A stretch of 64,000 nt of DNA from the NCBI GenBank assembly GCA_976226885.1, contig OZ320313.1, forward strand, positions 92,752,001 through 92,816,000, given 5' to 3'. A program made the translations under genes and the position numbers. The notes under the pieces are model-generated. The model saw only the letters and a list, made by a program, of their open reading frames with translations, was not told the origin of the DNA and ran no database searches. The DNA is from Iphione sp. A-MEVVRFRX5. Lineage: Eukaryota. Positions 23,445 through 35,781 of the stretch are shown piece after piece. Positions within the stretch are counted from its first letter, which is position 1; each line of letters starts with the position of its first letter.

Positions 23445-26063
23445 TTAGTATATATTATTGAGGTTCAATGTCTTGGCTCTATGTTGCTGTGCAATGTCTT
23501 GTTTGAAACTCTTGAAGATATTTTGTGTATCGTAGTGGATAATTGTTTGATTTGTGGTGTTCCATGTGTGTATAATACGTTGATGTGTACATTTTGTTAT
23601 GTGTGTGTTGTTGCTATTGGGCGGTGTTGTGAATTTGTCTAGGTCCCCATCTCTTAGGTCATAGACATTTGTTTTGGGAATGAAGTGTTGTTGAATGAAT
23701 ATCGGTTGTAGGTTCAGTGCCGCCTTATAGGCTTGTAGTAGTAAATGCATATTGATTCGTTGCCTTACTGTGTACATGTTAGCTTGCTCATGGACTAGTT
23801 CTGTTGGAGTGAGTATATTTAGTCTCATGGCAATTTTTAATCCTCTGTTCTGGAGTTTCTGGACTTGTTTCAGAAGTGTTTGGGAGACAGTTGACCATAT
23901 GATATCTAGGTAGTCAATATGTGGTAGCACTAACATCTTGTATAGTTTTATGTTAGTATTAGTATCTAAATACCTATTAATTAATTTTAATGAGGAAATT
24001 TGATAATTAAGCTTTTTGAGCAGGAATTGTGTGTGTTCTTTCATCGTGAGATTGTTATCTAGCAGTAGGCCAAGCTATTTGTAGGAATTACATTGTTCCA
24101 GTGTATTATTGTTTAGTTTTAATGTACAAGCAGATCTCAGGATATTAAGGCGTTGTGATGTTCCAAATATCATATATTTGGTTTTGTTGATGTTTAATGA
24201 GAGTTTGTGGTATGTAAGCCAGTTGTATACATTGTCAAGGACCGATTCTGCTTCCTGGATGCATTTGAATAAGTCCTTATGGGTGATAAGTATAACTGTG
24301 TCGTCTGCATACATACTGAAACTGTTGTTGTTGAGCACTTTGTAAACATAGTCAATGTACAAAGTAAACATAATCGGCCCCAGAACAGAGCCCTGTGGTA
24401 CACCAGTGATGATTTTTCTAAGGTCTGAGGTTGTGTTATTTACGTGTGTGCATTGTGTACGATTTGATAGGTAATCTTTCAGTAAATTTAGAGTTGGACC
24501 AATTATTCCTATTTGTATGAATTTATCGATTAGCATATTATGGGGAATGGTATCGAAAGCTTTACTAATGTCAAGGAAAATAGCGACTGTATATTGTTTG
24601 TTGGCGTTATTTTGCCTAATTGAGTCTGTTACATATTGCACCATATTAAGTGTTGAATATCCTCTTCTATAGCCTCCTTGGTAGTCGGTTAGTATCTTGT
24701 TATTGTCAATATATTGGATTAATCTAGCGTGAATAACTTTTTCCAGTATTTTGTGAGTAAAAGGCAACACTGAAATGGGTCTATAATTGGTGGGGAGCTG
24801 TCTATTCCCTCCTTTAAAAAGAGGGGTAATTGTGGCTTGTTTCCAGATCGTTGGGATGCGTTGTTGGTCTAAGATACTGTTTATTAGAGTAGTTAGGGGT
24901 TTTGTTAATACTGTAGCTAATCCTATTATGATTTTCATGGGTAAGTCTTTGATGCCAGAAGGTTTAGTGGGGGATAGTGTTTTTAGGATTGAGAGTATTT
25001 CATCTTCATTGGTGGGTTGTAATTCTTCTAGGGTAGTGTTCAATCTGTCGTAGACATATTGTGTAGCTATCTTAGGTAATTTGTCCTGAGTGTTTTTTCC
25101 TATGTAAGTAAAGTGTTCATTTAAACAGTTAGCTATATTGTAGCTGTCTGTCAAAGTGTTATTGTTGAATATTACTTTGTCTATAGTTAGGTCATCACTT
25201 CGTTTACTGGGTAAGAGTGTCTTTAGATGTCGCCAATATTTTGCTGGTTCATGGTTGTATTGTGCTAGTTTGGAGGTGATGTAGGAGCGTTTGGCTTGCC
25301 TAATTTTGGAGTTCAACCTATTCCTAATTTGTTTAGCAGTAACTAGTAGTGTGGGATCTTTGGTAAGTCTGTATTGTTTAAAAATCTTCTCTTTGTCTCT
25401 TCTCAGTTGTGTGATTTCATTAGTTATCCATTTTGGTAGATTCATCGGTATGCGCTTGTGTTTAAACGGGGCTTGGGCATTGAGATGTTTCATAATAATA
25501 TCTTGTATTTGACTCCAATGTTTGTTAGTATCAGTACTAAACTCTGTATTATTGAGGTCCTGTGATACAATGTCTACATAGGTGTCTAGATTGAATAGGG
25601 AGTAATCTCTGATGTATATTGTTTCAAATTTTGGTTTAGTATAATTGGAGCGTCGTTTTGTATATGTCCAGAAGTGATCGCTAATATTTACTGAAATTGT
25701 ACCTGATGTTTGATACTTCTCAAAATTATTGACTAGAATGAGATCAATAGTTGTTGCTGTAGTATTGGTTATTCTGGTTGGGGTCTTAATTAGATTCTTG
25801 AAACCAAAGTTGTTCTCTAGGGCTTTTAATTTTTTGAATTGGGGTGAGCGAGTTTTGTTGTAATCTATATTAAAGTCACCTAATATAATGACCTCGCAGT
25901 TGTCTGAACCTATTTCTTTTAGTGTGTGAGATATTGAGTCCATGCTGATATCAACATTACCATTGGGTGGTCTGTATAGTGATATTATGTATATGGGTTT
26001 TAGAAAGTTGTGTTTATATTCTGTTACCATAAGTTCTATATTTCGATTAGATATGCTTAACAT
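23445..26063 (-). pseudogene. L2/Crack/CR1-type LINE ORF2 (partial APE endonuclease plus RT), 5'-truncated, one in-frame TAG at 24075
   Basis: YRPPNG, GDFNID, TPTRIT, SDHF; YRPISVLP, FLDISKAFD, GVPQGSVLGP, YADD. The 662-aa and 199-aa ORFs are in frame. Confidence 0.95.
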
Positions 26064-26089
26064 TTCGATTAGATATGCTTAAAAGTGCC

Positions 26090-27190
26090 CACTTCAGAAA
26101 CTGCAGCTTTCTGGAAAGAATTCTGGACAGTAGATCCCTTCATCTGCTAAATGGAACCCCTTACCTAGAAGACCTGCGCATATCAACTGACTTCATCAGC
26201 TCCTGGGTGTCTATAGGGCTACACTGCTGTTAACTTTGTTAACAAAGTAGCTCAGCAACTTCGTCATGTAGTTCACCTTCATGGTCTAGATTGTCCCTTG
26301 ATCTAGGGGCTGCGGTACCTATGTGCCATGTGGTGGCAGAAAGATACGCTTTACATTGCTCAACTTGATGTCATAAGGACGGGAGGGAGCACTGTCAAGC
26401 AATGATGCCACATATCTTCTTTGCTTCCTTATTCTCTTGTTGAGTCTATGGAGCCACTCTTCAAAGATGGTGGTAGTCATCCAGGCCCTGAAATTTTCTT
26501 TCCATATTAAAGGCAGGTTTGACATATCCACATACTTGAAGCACCTTGGTCTGTTGGCTTTTCCTATGACAAGTCTTTTCAAAGTGACCCTCCATATTGC
26601 AACAGAGGGCACTATGATATGTTCCTTTGACTTCTTGACTCAGACTGCAGCAATCAGGCATTGTCCTATGGAACAAGCCTGTTCCTTTCACGTTGTAGAT
26701 GTCTGCAGGGGAGTACCCACACAGCATATCAGAAGGTGTCCAAGCCAGTCATCGACAGCAAAGTCAGAGATGCTTCCACTCACACCAGAGACTTTAAAGG
26801 GCCCCGAAAGAGTCTGAACCTGTTCACCCAGCCTATTAACGCCTCAAGTGAAGTCAGGGAGCTTGGGCTGCTGCTACAATGGCAATGCCTTCTGCTGAAG
26901 CACTGACCCAGACACAGGTAGGTTCAATGATCTCATATGGCTGAACCAACAGAGTACAGCATTGTCTAGGGTCGTCATGTCAGGCGGGTGCATCTTATCT
27001 TGGCTGCAGGATTCACACACATCTCATAGTCAGCTAGTAACTCGGCTTTTTTCTTAAAAATCGACCGGGCTTGTGTCTTCCTATGTTGAATTTGTCGGCA
27101 AGGCTTTGTTGTCTGGGCCCAGTATATGAGTGAATAAGGTGAACTTTCTCCAAAATCATCAGCTCGTGTCTTGGCATGGTGCTGGTCTTG
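26090..27190 (-). pseudogene. Tigger/pogo (CENP-B-like) transposase relic
   Basis: HTH (LADKFNIG..Q), LPVSGSVLQQKA, DIYN..TGLF, LVIGKANRPRCFK, AWMTTTIFEEWL, LLDSAPS, QPLDQG. Confidence 0.9.
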
Positions 27191-27587
27191 GTCGCTGAAA
27201 AGTGAATTAAGTTGTCTTGGATGGTATGAGCTTATATAGGCAGTAGCTACCAGATTTAGCGGGAAGGAACAAGCAGGTGTGAGCATGTCAGACAATGAAT
27301 ATCATCTTCAAGGCAATGGAACAGAGAAGGTGCCACCACAGTATGCTTTAATTGTATAGTTACCTTAGCTTCCAGCGACGGGTGACTGAGACTCTGCCGA
27401 GTCTGCTTCGGAATCCAGAGGGAGCAGGTGATATAGCGTCCCCGCCAAGCAGCTCGCACATGCGCATTCAGTAATTTAGGATTTATAAACATGAGCAGAA
27501 ATGCTATTATAACGTTTCAACGTGTAACGGAGAGTCATTGAGCAGGTGAGTAAGCGATAACCAGGGTAGGGAAATCCGCAGGGTGGG

Positions 27588-27708
27588 CACCTGCTCCCTC
27601 TGGATTCCGAAGCAGACTCGGCAGAGTCTCAGTCACCCGTCGCTGGAAGCTAGGGTAACTATACAACTCTACCTCGCTGCTTCTCCACCAGAGTGCAGCA
27701 GGTGATAT
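27588..27708. repeat. ICR of copy C
   Basis: Complementary to the left end (1 mismatch in 79 bp) and to the right end (identical). Junction at 27666/27667. Confidence 0.95.
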
Positions 27709-27759
27709 GTTTAGGAAATTAGCATTTCTGTGAGTGTATGTGACCGAAGGTCTTGTGAG

Positions 27760-28839
27760 CTAGATGATGCTTTTCAGATAGAATTGGCGAAAAGTGTTTT
27801 CGTCTGCCCACATGCCTCTTTTGAGGATTTCTTGGATAGGAAACCCTCCTGCAAACAGTTTAGATGCAGATGCTGCTCGGGTACTGTGGGCCGTAAAGGA
27901 GTTTGTGTCTATTCCAGCTCTAAACATCACGTCCTTGACCCAGCGTGCTAGTGTTGACGTGCTTACTGACTTGTATGGGGGCACGTAGCTGATGAACAGC
28001 GCTTTATCATCCCCTCGAATATTGACTGTACGTGACAGGTAGGTCTTGATGTGGGTTATGACACAGAGTGTGGGCTCCTGTTCGAATGGAACCAGGATTA
28101 TTCTACTTGGCTGCTTGTTCGCCCTGTTGTGTTTCAGTGGTTTAGCAAAGTTGATTTGCAGCCTGTTGTTGCCCACTTCATGGATGTTATCTAGATCTAT
28201 GTTGCGTATAGTTTGTAGTCGCCCACATAATGCTAAGAGGACTAGCATGGTTGTTTTAAGTGTTAATAATTTTAATGAGATAGAGCTAGGGGGTGACCAG
28301 GTTCTGAGGAAGTCTAGCACGAGCTCCACGTCCCAAGTATGTTCTAGTCGGGCTTGCGGTGGTCGTAGGTTGAACATGCCTGCCATCACTCTGGTAGTGA
28401 GCCAGTGTTGCCCGAAAGGGACCTTGTGGAATTTTTTGAGAATGGCGGATAATGCGCTTCGCGCTGTGTTTATGGCACTGTAACTGAGGCCCGCTTTAAA
28501 GAGTTGGTGTAGGAACATAAGAGCCTGTTCTAATTCGGGTTTCAGTGGGTCAATCTTATGTTGGATGCAGTATGTATGCCATCTGTTTTGGTACGTTGCG
28601 TACTGTAGTCTTGTGGACTTACGCCACGAGTGCATCATATATCTTCTTAGTGGGTTCTTGGTTAAGGACTTGTCGATGTGCCTTTTTAGAAGAGTGCTGC
28701 CAATAACGGAATTGAGTTGATGTCTCTGGCGTCTGTCGTACTGTAGACGTTTAACAGGTTTTGTGGTCTTGGTGGGAAGTGCATGGTGGCTCGTGGAGGG
28801 TTTTGGCGTAGCTTGCCGTACCAGCGTTGGGCTTGCCAA
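27760..28839 (-). CDS. Tyrosine recombinase, open frame, overlapping the pol MT domain (start codon uncertain)
   Basis: Catalytic R (CGRLQ), HSTR, W (GMW) and Y (RQFY) are all present with no stops. Confidence 0.93.
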   Translation of the reverse strand: MASPTLVRQATPKPSTSHHALPTKTTKPVKRLQYDRRQRHQLNSVIGSTLLKRHIDKSLTKNPLRRYMMHSWRKSTRLQYATYQNRWHTYCIQHKIDPLKPELEQALMFLHQLFKAGLSYSAINTARSALSAILKKFHKVPFGQHWLTTRVMAGMFNLRPPQARLEHTWDVELVLDFLRTWSPPSSISLKLLTLKTTMLVLLALCGRLQTIRNIDLDNIHEVGNNRLQINFAKPLKHNRANKQPSRIILVPFEQEPTLCVITHIKTYLSRTVNIRGDDKALFISYVPPYKSVSTSTLARWVKDVMFRAGIDTNSFTAHSTRAASASKLFAGGFPIQEILKRGMWADENTFRQFYLKSII

Positions 28840-30541
28840 TGTGGGACTACCACTATCGCCTTGGTCCGTTCGTGTTGGAGTTTCTGTAGGGTCCTGGAAA
28901 TTAATGAAAAAGGAGGAAATGCATAAATAAATTTGAATTGTTTCCAGTTAAGGGTGAAAGCATCGATAAAGGCTGCATCGGGGTCTGGCTTCCAGTGGCA
29001 TATGTTGTTATTTGTTTGGTTGCTCTAGATGCGAAAAGGTCAACTTCTGGAGTACCCCATGCATCTGTAATGTTTTCAAACAGTTCAGGGTTGAGTTGCC
29101 ATTCCGTGTCCTCGTTAAAGTGTCTCGAGAGGAAATCGGCTTCTGTGTTTTCGATGCCTGGTATGTAAGAGGCAACCGCCCAGGCTTGTCTGGCTTCTAG
29201 GAAGGCCCAGATTTTTCTGGCTAAGCGGTCACAGAGAAGAGATTTTGTACCACCTTGTTTGTTGACGTATGCTACAGCCGTGGTGTTGTCAGATCTGATC
29301 AAAAGTTCGAATGTCTGCCTTTCCGAGAAGAAGGTTTTTAGGCCTAATAAGATGGCCTTAAGTTCTAGGGCATTAATGTGCCACATCTGTTCTTCTGGTA
29401 GCCACTTCCCTCCTGCAGCCTGTGTCTGGGTAACTGCGCCCCAGCCGAGCCCTGATGCGTCTGTGGTTAATGTCTCTTTGGGTGCGTGTACTCAAATTGG
29501 TCTGAATAGAGCGGTGGCGTTAGTTAGCCACCAACGGAGGTCTTCCCGACTATCCAGGGATAGTGTCATGGGTGCTTCGAAATTTTTTCCGTGACGTATC
29601 AAGGCTCGGATCTTGTCCTTTTCCAACGCTTTGTAGTGTCCTAGGCCGTATTGTGCTGCCTTTGAAAGGTCTACGAGCGTCCCTGTTAGGGAGGCGATGT
29701 GCCTGATGGAAAACTTTGTACCCAGTAAAATGTCTTCGATTCGTGGGACAAGGTTGTCGATTTTCTTTTGAGTGGGTGTGATAGTCATGTTTGTTAAGTT
29801 CAAGTTGTAGCCTAGGAACACTATTTGTTGCGTTGGGGTTGGAGAAGATTTGTTCCAGTTTATGGTAAAGCCAAGTTCGGACATGAGGTTAGTGACTCTC
29901 TTGATCGAGGCTGAGCATGCTGTCGGTGTAGGTGCTACTATTAGCAGGTCGTCTAAGTATGCAATGACGTCATGCCCCTCTTCGTGTAAGAGGGCTAGGG
30001 GCGGTTTCAGCAATTTGGTAAATAACCTTGGGGCTGATGTTAAGCCGAAGGGTATTACAGTGTAGCGATAGGCGTGGGACCCCCAGGTGAACGCTAGGTA
30101 TTTCTGGTATTGGGGGTCTACTGCCACGGTGTGGTACGCGCTCTGTAAGTCAACAGAGGCCATCCAGCAATTTTCGTACAGTGATTGTGTTACTGATTCG
30201 AAAGTATCCATTTTGAAATGGATGAAAGGCATGAAAGTGTTGAGAACCGACAGGTCTAAGATGATGCGGACAGAGCCGTCTGATTTAGCACGTGGGAAGA
30301 TGCGAGATTGAAAAGGTGAAGGTGGTTCATCGGGGACAATGACCCCCTGTTGCAGGAGATCATTGACCGCAGCATCGATTTGTGAACTTTCATGCGGGAC
30401 GAAACGGAGTGGGCGAAGGAAAGGTCTAGCAGGTGGCTGGGAAAGGAAAGTCAAGGTGATGCCCTTGACGATGTTAAGTATGTTTTGATCGGATGTGATG
30501 TTACGCCAGGATAGGAGTTTGCGTTTGATGTTCCCAGCCAC
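28686..30541 (-). pseudogene. pol: pol (RT, RNase H, MT-like) of copy C
   Basis: YLDD intact. TGA at 29492 (CGA in B) and a 1-bp deletion near 28997 in the MT domain. DLFAS and YAFPPF are recovered after the frame change. Confidence 0.95.
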
Positions 30542-30555
30542 AAAACTATCAGGAC

Positions 30556-31704
30556 CTATTTCTTCGCCTGTCTCACCTGAAAATCCGGCTTGTCGGCTGA
30601 CTGCTGGTTCTGTTTGTTGTAGCCGTGGCGGTAGTCGTGCCTAAACGTGGGGCGTTGAAAAGGGTGAAACCGGCCTCGCCCTCGTCCGCCTCTGTTCCCG
30701 CGTCCTCTGCCTCGTTGTCCACGACCACGGGACCTGTCGACCTTCGTCGTCAGTTTGTTCACAGCCTCTAGGGACTTCAGAGATGTTTCGAGGTTGTCTC
30801 CGAAGAGGTGTTTATGTGACGGCGGGTGTTCGTCTGAGGCCAGCCTGCGGTACTCGGGTTTCAGGGCGAACTGGACGTCTGTGCGCCTTGCCTTGATTGT
30901 CTCCGCGTTGGACGCTCCTATCAGGGCGATCGCATCTAGAAGGGGTTTCACTGCCTTCTTTACTTCTTTGTTTCTTTGCGCTTGTTCTAGAACAATGGTC
31001 GCCCCCTGGATGAGGGCTGCCTGTCCGACTCGGAGAATGCTCTGGGCCTTCTGTAGCGCTTTCTCCCTCGACTTGAAGGGCTTGGACAGCGTCGGCCAGA
31101 TCGCCTCATTCACTTTCGTGACCTGGAGACTCTCACAGTTGACCGGAGGCAGGTAGAGGGCTCGCATGGGTTGTACCTCGTCATCCTTCCACACCTTTAG
31201 TTGGTGCTCGTCGACGAACTCGGCCACGTCTTTCTTTATCGCGGGTCCCTTGCGCTCCGTGGAGTAATACTCTTGTTTATACTCCGTGAAGACGTCATCG
31301 TCCGAGTCCTCTGAGATAGGATGTTCAGAGTTGTCCTCTTGGAAGAGTGTGTTCATCAAAGCGGCCGAGGAAGAGGCTCCTTCCTGCGTGGGATTGGTGT
31401 CTGCCGCCGATGTCGGTTCCTCCGTCTCTTCCTCGTACAGTCCTTCGAAGCCCGAATTGATTGCATCTGTGAGGGAATCGAAGTTTCCTCTGAAGTCATT
31501 GTGGAATCCGGCCATGTCTGTCCTGAACCCTGTCATCGTCTCATTCAAGGCGATTATCGCGTCCAGGACAGCAGGTGCATCCTGGTTCGCACGGGTTGTC
31601 CTCGGTTCAGGTTGCTTGCCCTTCTCCACGTTGGCTTTTGAATTCCCTTTCCTTTTTGGTGCGGGTTCTTCTGTCCGATCCTGTGGAGGTTGAGGGGATG
31701 CCAT
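30556..31704 (-). CDS. gag: DIRS gag-like protein, 382 aa, intact
   Basis: ATG at 31704 (MASPQ, matching B), open to 30556, RG-rich C-terminus. Confidence 0.9.
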   Translation of the reverse strand: MASPQPPQDRTEEPAPKRKGNSKANVEKGKQPEPRTTRANQDAPAVLDAIIALNETMTGFRTDMAGFHNDFRGNFDSLTDAINSGFEGLYEEETEEPTSAADTNPTQEGASSSAALMNTLFQEDNSEHPISEDSDDDVFTEYKQEYYSTERKGPAIKKDVAEFVDEHQLKVWKDDEVQPMRALYLPPVNCESLQVTKVNEAIWPTLSKPFKSREKALQKAQSILRVGQAALIQGATIVLEQAQRNKEVKKAVKPLLDAIALIGASNAETIKARRTDVQFALKPEYRRLASDEHPPSHKHLFGDNLETSLKSLEAVNKLTTKVDRSRGRGQRGRGRGNRGGRGRGRFHPFQRPTFRHDYRHGYNKQNQQSADKPDFQVRQAKK

Positions 31705-33840
31705 TGTAGTGGGAGAGAGGGGGGGAGGGAGAGAGAGAGAGGGAGAGAGAGAGAGATGAGCAGTGACCAGGCTAACCACCTCTGAAAGGGTAATCCACAC
31801 CGTCTTCTCAATGACTAGAAGCCGGGAGACTCGTTGGTATACCCGCACTCGCAACTGATCTAGGTCAGGGGTGCGTCTGCCGGGTTCTAACCCACGGTGG
31901 GTGAAAGCCTGCGAACACTGGATGGGTTCTGCGCTTTCCACACACAAGCGCTCTTTGTATTAGATATGTGCGTCGGTGACAGGAGCACTACTAAGCGCAC
32001 TTGTTATAAAAGTGTGGAGTGTGGCACAAAGGCCTTACAGTAGCACAAAAGGCTTGAGTTTAACCCACTGTATTTAAAAAGTAAAGGCAGTAATGTTCTC
32101 TTGAAGTTTCTTGCTTACAATAGATAAGGGTTGTTTCTGCTTACCACGGAGACGAGGGTTGTTATTAGGGAGTTTACAACCTTTACAGGGTAGTTGGCTC
32201 TCCAATTCAAGTGATTTAGTGAGATTTACAATGAATGCAGGTCAAGTGGCTCTCTTTACAACAAAATCAGGTCGGAAAAGCTCTCTTTACAATAAATTCG
32301 GGGTAAATAACAATGAAATCAGGTTAGTGCTCTCTTATTCAGGGATTTATAGAGGAAAATCACCTAGAATTAGCGTATGTTAACGACTTAGCGTAACAAT
32401 AGCGTACGTTTGGTGGTTAGCGCACGTGGTGCGACTCTCGTTACACGCGAAAACCGTTAGGCCTCGTACGATCGTACGTGTAAAAGTCAAATAATTCGGC
32501 CTGATAGCGTAATAACACGTCAAAAACACGTCAAATACACGAAAAGGTTGACTTTGCGTACGTTTTGATCGATTAGCGTAGCAATAGCGTATGTAAATGC
32601 GCAAGAAAAGGCAAAAAGTAACCGAAATGTACTTATCTGCGTGTGAGCCGCTCGAAGGGGTGACGCGAACTGAATGCGCATGTGCGAGCTGCTTGGCGGG
32701 GACGCTATATCACCTGCTGCACTCTGGTGGAGAAGCAGCGAGGTAGAGCCTCAAACCATACACCATACAACCTCAAACCCTCCGACGCTGTGAGCAGTGA
32801 ACATCTTAAGGGTCACTATTGACGCCTCCGGTCATACCTGTACAATGCGTGCCCTTTGAGGAAACAATTTGTGAAGTGTCATTCTCACACTTCTGCCTGC
32901 TTTGTGATAGTCAAATCCTATACAAATGACCCTAAGGCATGTGGTCACAGGCTGGTTTGGCTGTAATCTGGCCTGCAACATTGTGGTATTTTGATATACA
33001 TCACATGTTATCAGAGGCAAAACTTCTGTTCCAGGCTCAGGTGATTATACTGACAGTTTCGTTCACTGTCCGGTATGCTCACAATTCGGCATTCAACTAT
33101 AATTAAAAGGAGGAAAACAAATCTACACATTCGTAGCTAAAGGCAACATAAATCGCCGATATCATGAAAATACATTATGTATATGTATTTGCATCTAGCC
33201 TGTCTTTAAGATTCCCAGAGATACTGCTAAGAAGGGCAGATAGCAAGGTTTCACATTAAACATTCCACCTCTGTGTCAGTGTATCTCTTGGTGTCAACTG
33301 GAGGCAGTCCTCCATTTAATGATGGCTGCCTCAAGATTAACTTTTCTTTCTCTATTAAAAACAAGCGCCTTCGGCACCTGCGGTTTATGGGAAGTGAGAG
33401 GGTCAGAGATGGGGGGGGGGGGATAGGGTCAAAATACAGACTGCCATGCACTGCACACACTCTCTCTCCTTTCTTTGTTTACAAATTGGCACATTGATAC
33501 ACTTCTCCCTATGAAGCAGAGCCATAATTTTGTGTATTTTTTCATCAGTTTTACCTTCTTGGACAGATAACATATGCAAATGTCCATGATTTGCAATATT
33601 TCCAGTGGATACTTAGTTATAATAAAAATAATTATATTCCTGTTTTAAGTCACATCTGTGTGAAACATCTGTCCCATGGCCATACGTACTTTAATGCAAC
33701 GTTTTTATATGTGTAAAAACAGAAACAGAATGACAAGCGAATTTACTAGATGCCCAGAAGATGTACAAGAAGGAGTAACATTATTGATCAGTGCTTGAGA
33801 CTTTTTATCAACAATTTTCTAAACACTAAACATACCAGTC

Positions 33841-34453
33841 TGTAACACAGTGTGTTAAACTAAAGATATTGTGATGGTTGTTCAGACGTTCGGTTATACG
33901 GACATGCAGACATCCGGTCAAAGCAGACATACAGACAATAGAATGCACAGACAACAGATCAGACATTAATTGTATATTATGATAGGAAAACAAATAAGAT
34001 AACGTTACATGATTCAGACAATAGTTCAGTAGTGTTATACTAGATTAAGATAATGTTATGTTACAATTAAGATAATGACTTATTCTTAAGAAAACGTTAT
34101 GTTATCGTTCGCAATTGGTTAAAACAGAGAGAGAGATCCTTGTACAGTGTACAGATATAGGTCTATAAGCGCTGTCTGTGTGGAGACAACAGCTGTGCCA
34201 TGTTACTTAGTGGCCCAGGGCATGCACTTAGGTCAGAGGTCATGTGAACTATGATCTAAGCTTACCACATGTTATGAACTATGTGCCTAAGGTTGTGAAC
34301 TATGTACCAAGGGTTATGAAATACTGATGAAACGTTTGCGATTTCCCCTTACTTTTCAGGGTGTTCTATTCTGCTACCTGCACCTGTCTACTCTGTCACA
34401 ATAAACCAGCAACTAACGAGGAAACCTGTGGCGTCTTCAGTTGTTGTGTTACA
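33841..34453 (+). mobile_element. Solo LTR (same family as 7008-7711)
   Basis: TGTAACAC...GTGTTACA termini, perfect 4-bp TSD AGTC, internal AATAAA. Confidence 0.88.
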
Positions 34454-35599
34454 AGTCTCTCAGTTGTGACAGTGAGTCATCTGCCATATCCTAAGTCATT
34501 TACTTGTTGACATGGGTAGTCACTGACAAAGCAGCAATAGTCCCAATATTTATAGTCTTCTCTCTATCACATTTAAATAATGATTTTCTCAAGGCAAATC
34601 TTTTAATTTCATAATATTCAACCCTCACTCTCACCAGTCAGTCACAAAAACACTGCCAGTTACACATGCTTCTTCCTCTAACACTGTCGGTTACCTACAC
34701 TGTGTAACATATCTCACTAACATATTTAGTTCAAACATGCTGCACTGACACTATCTATTATGTGCACTGCTTTAAAATGCTCTTTATTAAGTATCAGTCC
34801 CTCTCACAATTGAACATGGTGTAATACAGTACTAATTGTGATAGAGAATGTATCATTACCAATAATGTTCTCAAAGTACTGATGTGATGTATAGTGCACA
34901 GTTATATGTTACCAAGTAAAGCCTTATATAACATATTTAACTGCACCAACAAAAGATTTTCAAGTACTCATTACAGTACCTATATAAAACGTTGCCTCAT
35001 AGGTAGTGTGATGTAAGATAGATACATTACTTTTTTCATTTATGTACATATTAGGGTATGATATTAACAGTGATACTAATAGAAGCATGTTCTGTGTGAA
35101 AAGACATTACTTCTAAAAACATTTGCTATATGTGACACTACTTTTTCAGAGCTGAGTAGGGATATCCCTTTGTTACAGGGTTTTAAAATGGTATCTCTAT
35201 GCCTGAGCAAAGAAAGTGTATACATGTAGTCTGTACTTTGATCTCTCTCTCCCCCCCCCCCCATCTGTGGTGGTGGTGGTGGTTGGGGGAGGCGGATATC
35301 CCTGTCCCAGCCGGAGGAGTAGGAAAGTGTGTGTGTGCACACCGAAGACACTTGTGTTCTTAAAATCAGCTCTCAGTGGAAACCACTTCTAGGTAAAACA
35401 TTGTTACATGTTTCACAATGTCATGTGTGTGAACAAAGTAATTCTTATCATCACCATCTTATGAGGTACCTTGGATACTTGGTGCTGTGACATCATACCG
35501 TATAAAACAACTGACAACTACTGTTCGAGCAATTGTAATTAATGACTTGTTTCCTGATCACCTAATGTTTGTATGCAGTCTTTGTCATAAGTTTGAGTA

Positions 35600-35781
35600 C
35601 AGGTGAAACCCTATTTGCGACCACACCTCTGAGCCAAGTTTAAATGGTCGAAATAGTGAGAATGGTCAGAAATTGGGTATTCTTAACAGCAGAACTCTAA
35701 TTTTTTTTGGTGCCCACCTCAGGTGGTCATAATAACAAGAATGGTCGGAAATAGGAGTGGTCGTAAATAGAGTTTTCACTG
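35600..35781. mobile_element. Tc1/pogo-type MITE
   Basis: TA TSD. TIRs CAGGTGAAACCCTATTTGCGACCAC / GTGGTCGTAAATAGAGTTTTCACTG. Confidence 0.85.

Larger units (their letters stand above)
27352..32748 (-). mobile_element. Full-length DIRS1-type retrotransposon copy C (young; pol inactivated)
   Basis: Perfect 50-bp ITRs at 27423-27472 and 32669-32718, ICR at 27588-27708, intact gag and YR. Confidence 0.97.

Noticed and set aside
31705-31947. 81-codon non-ATG N-terminal extension of C gag
   Set aside because: The homologous frame in B is stopped, and the B/C differences are mostly non-synonymous.
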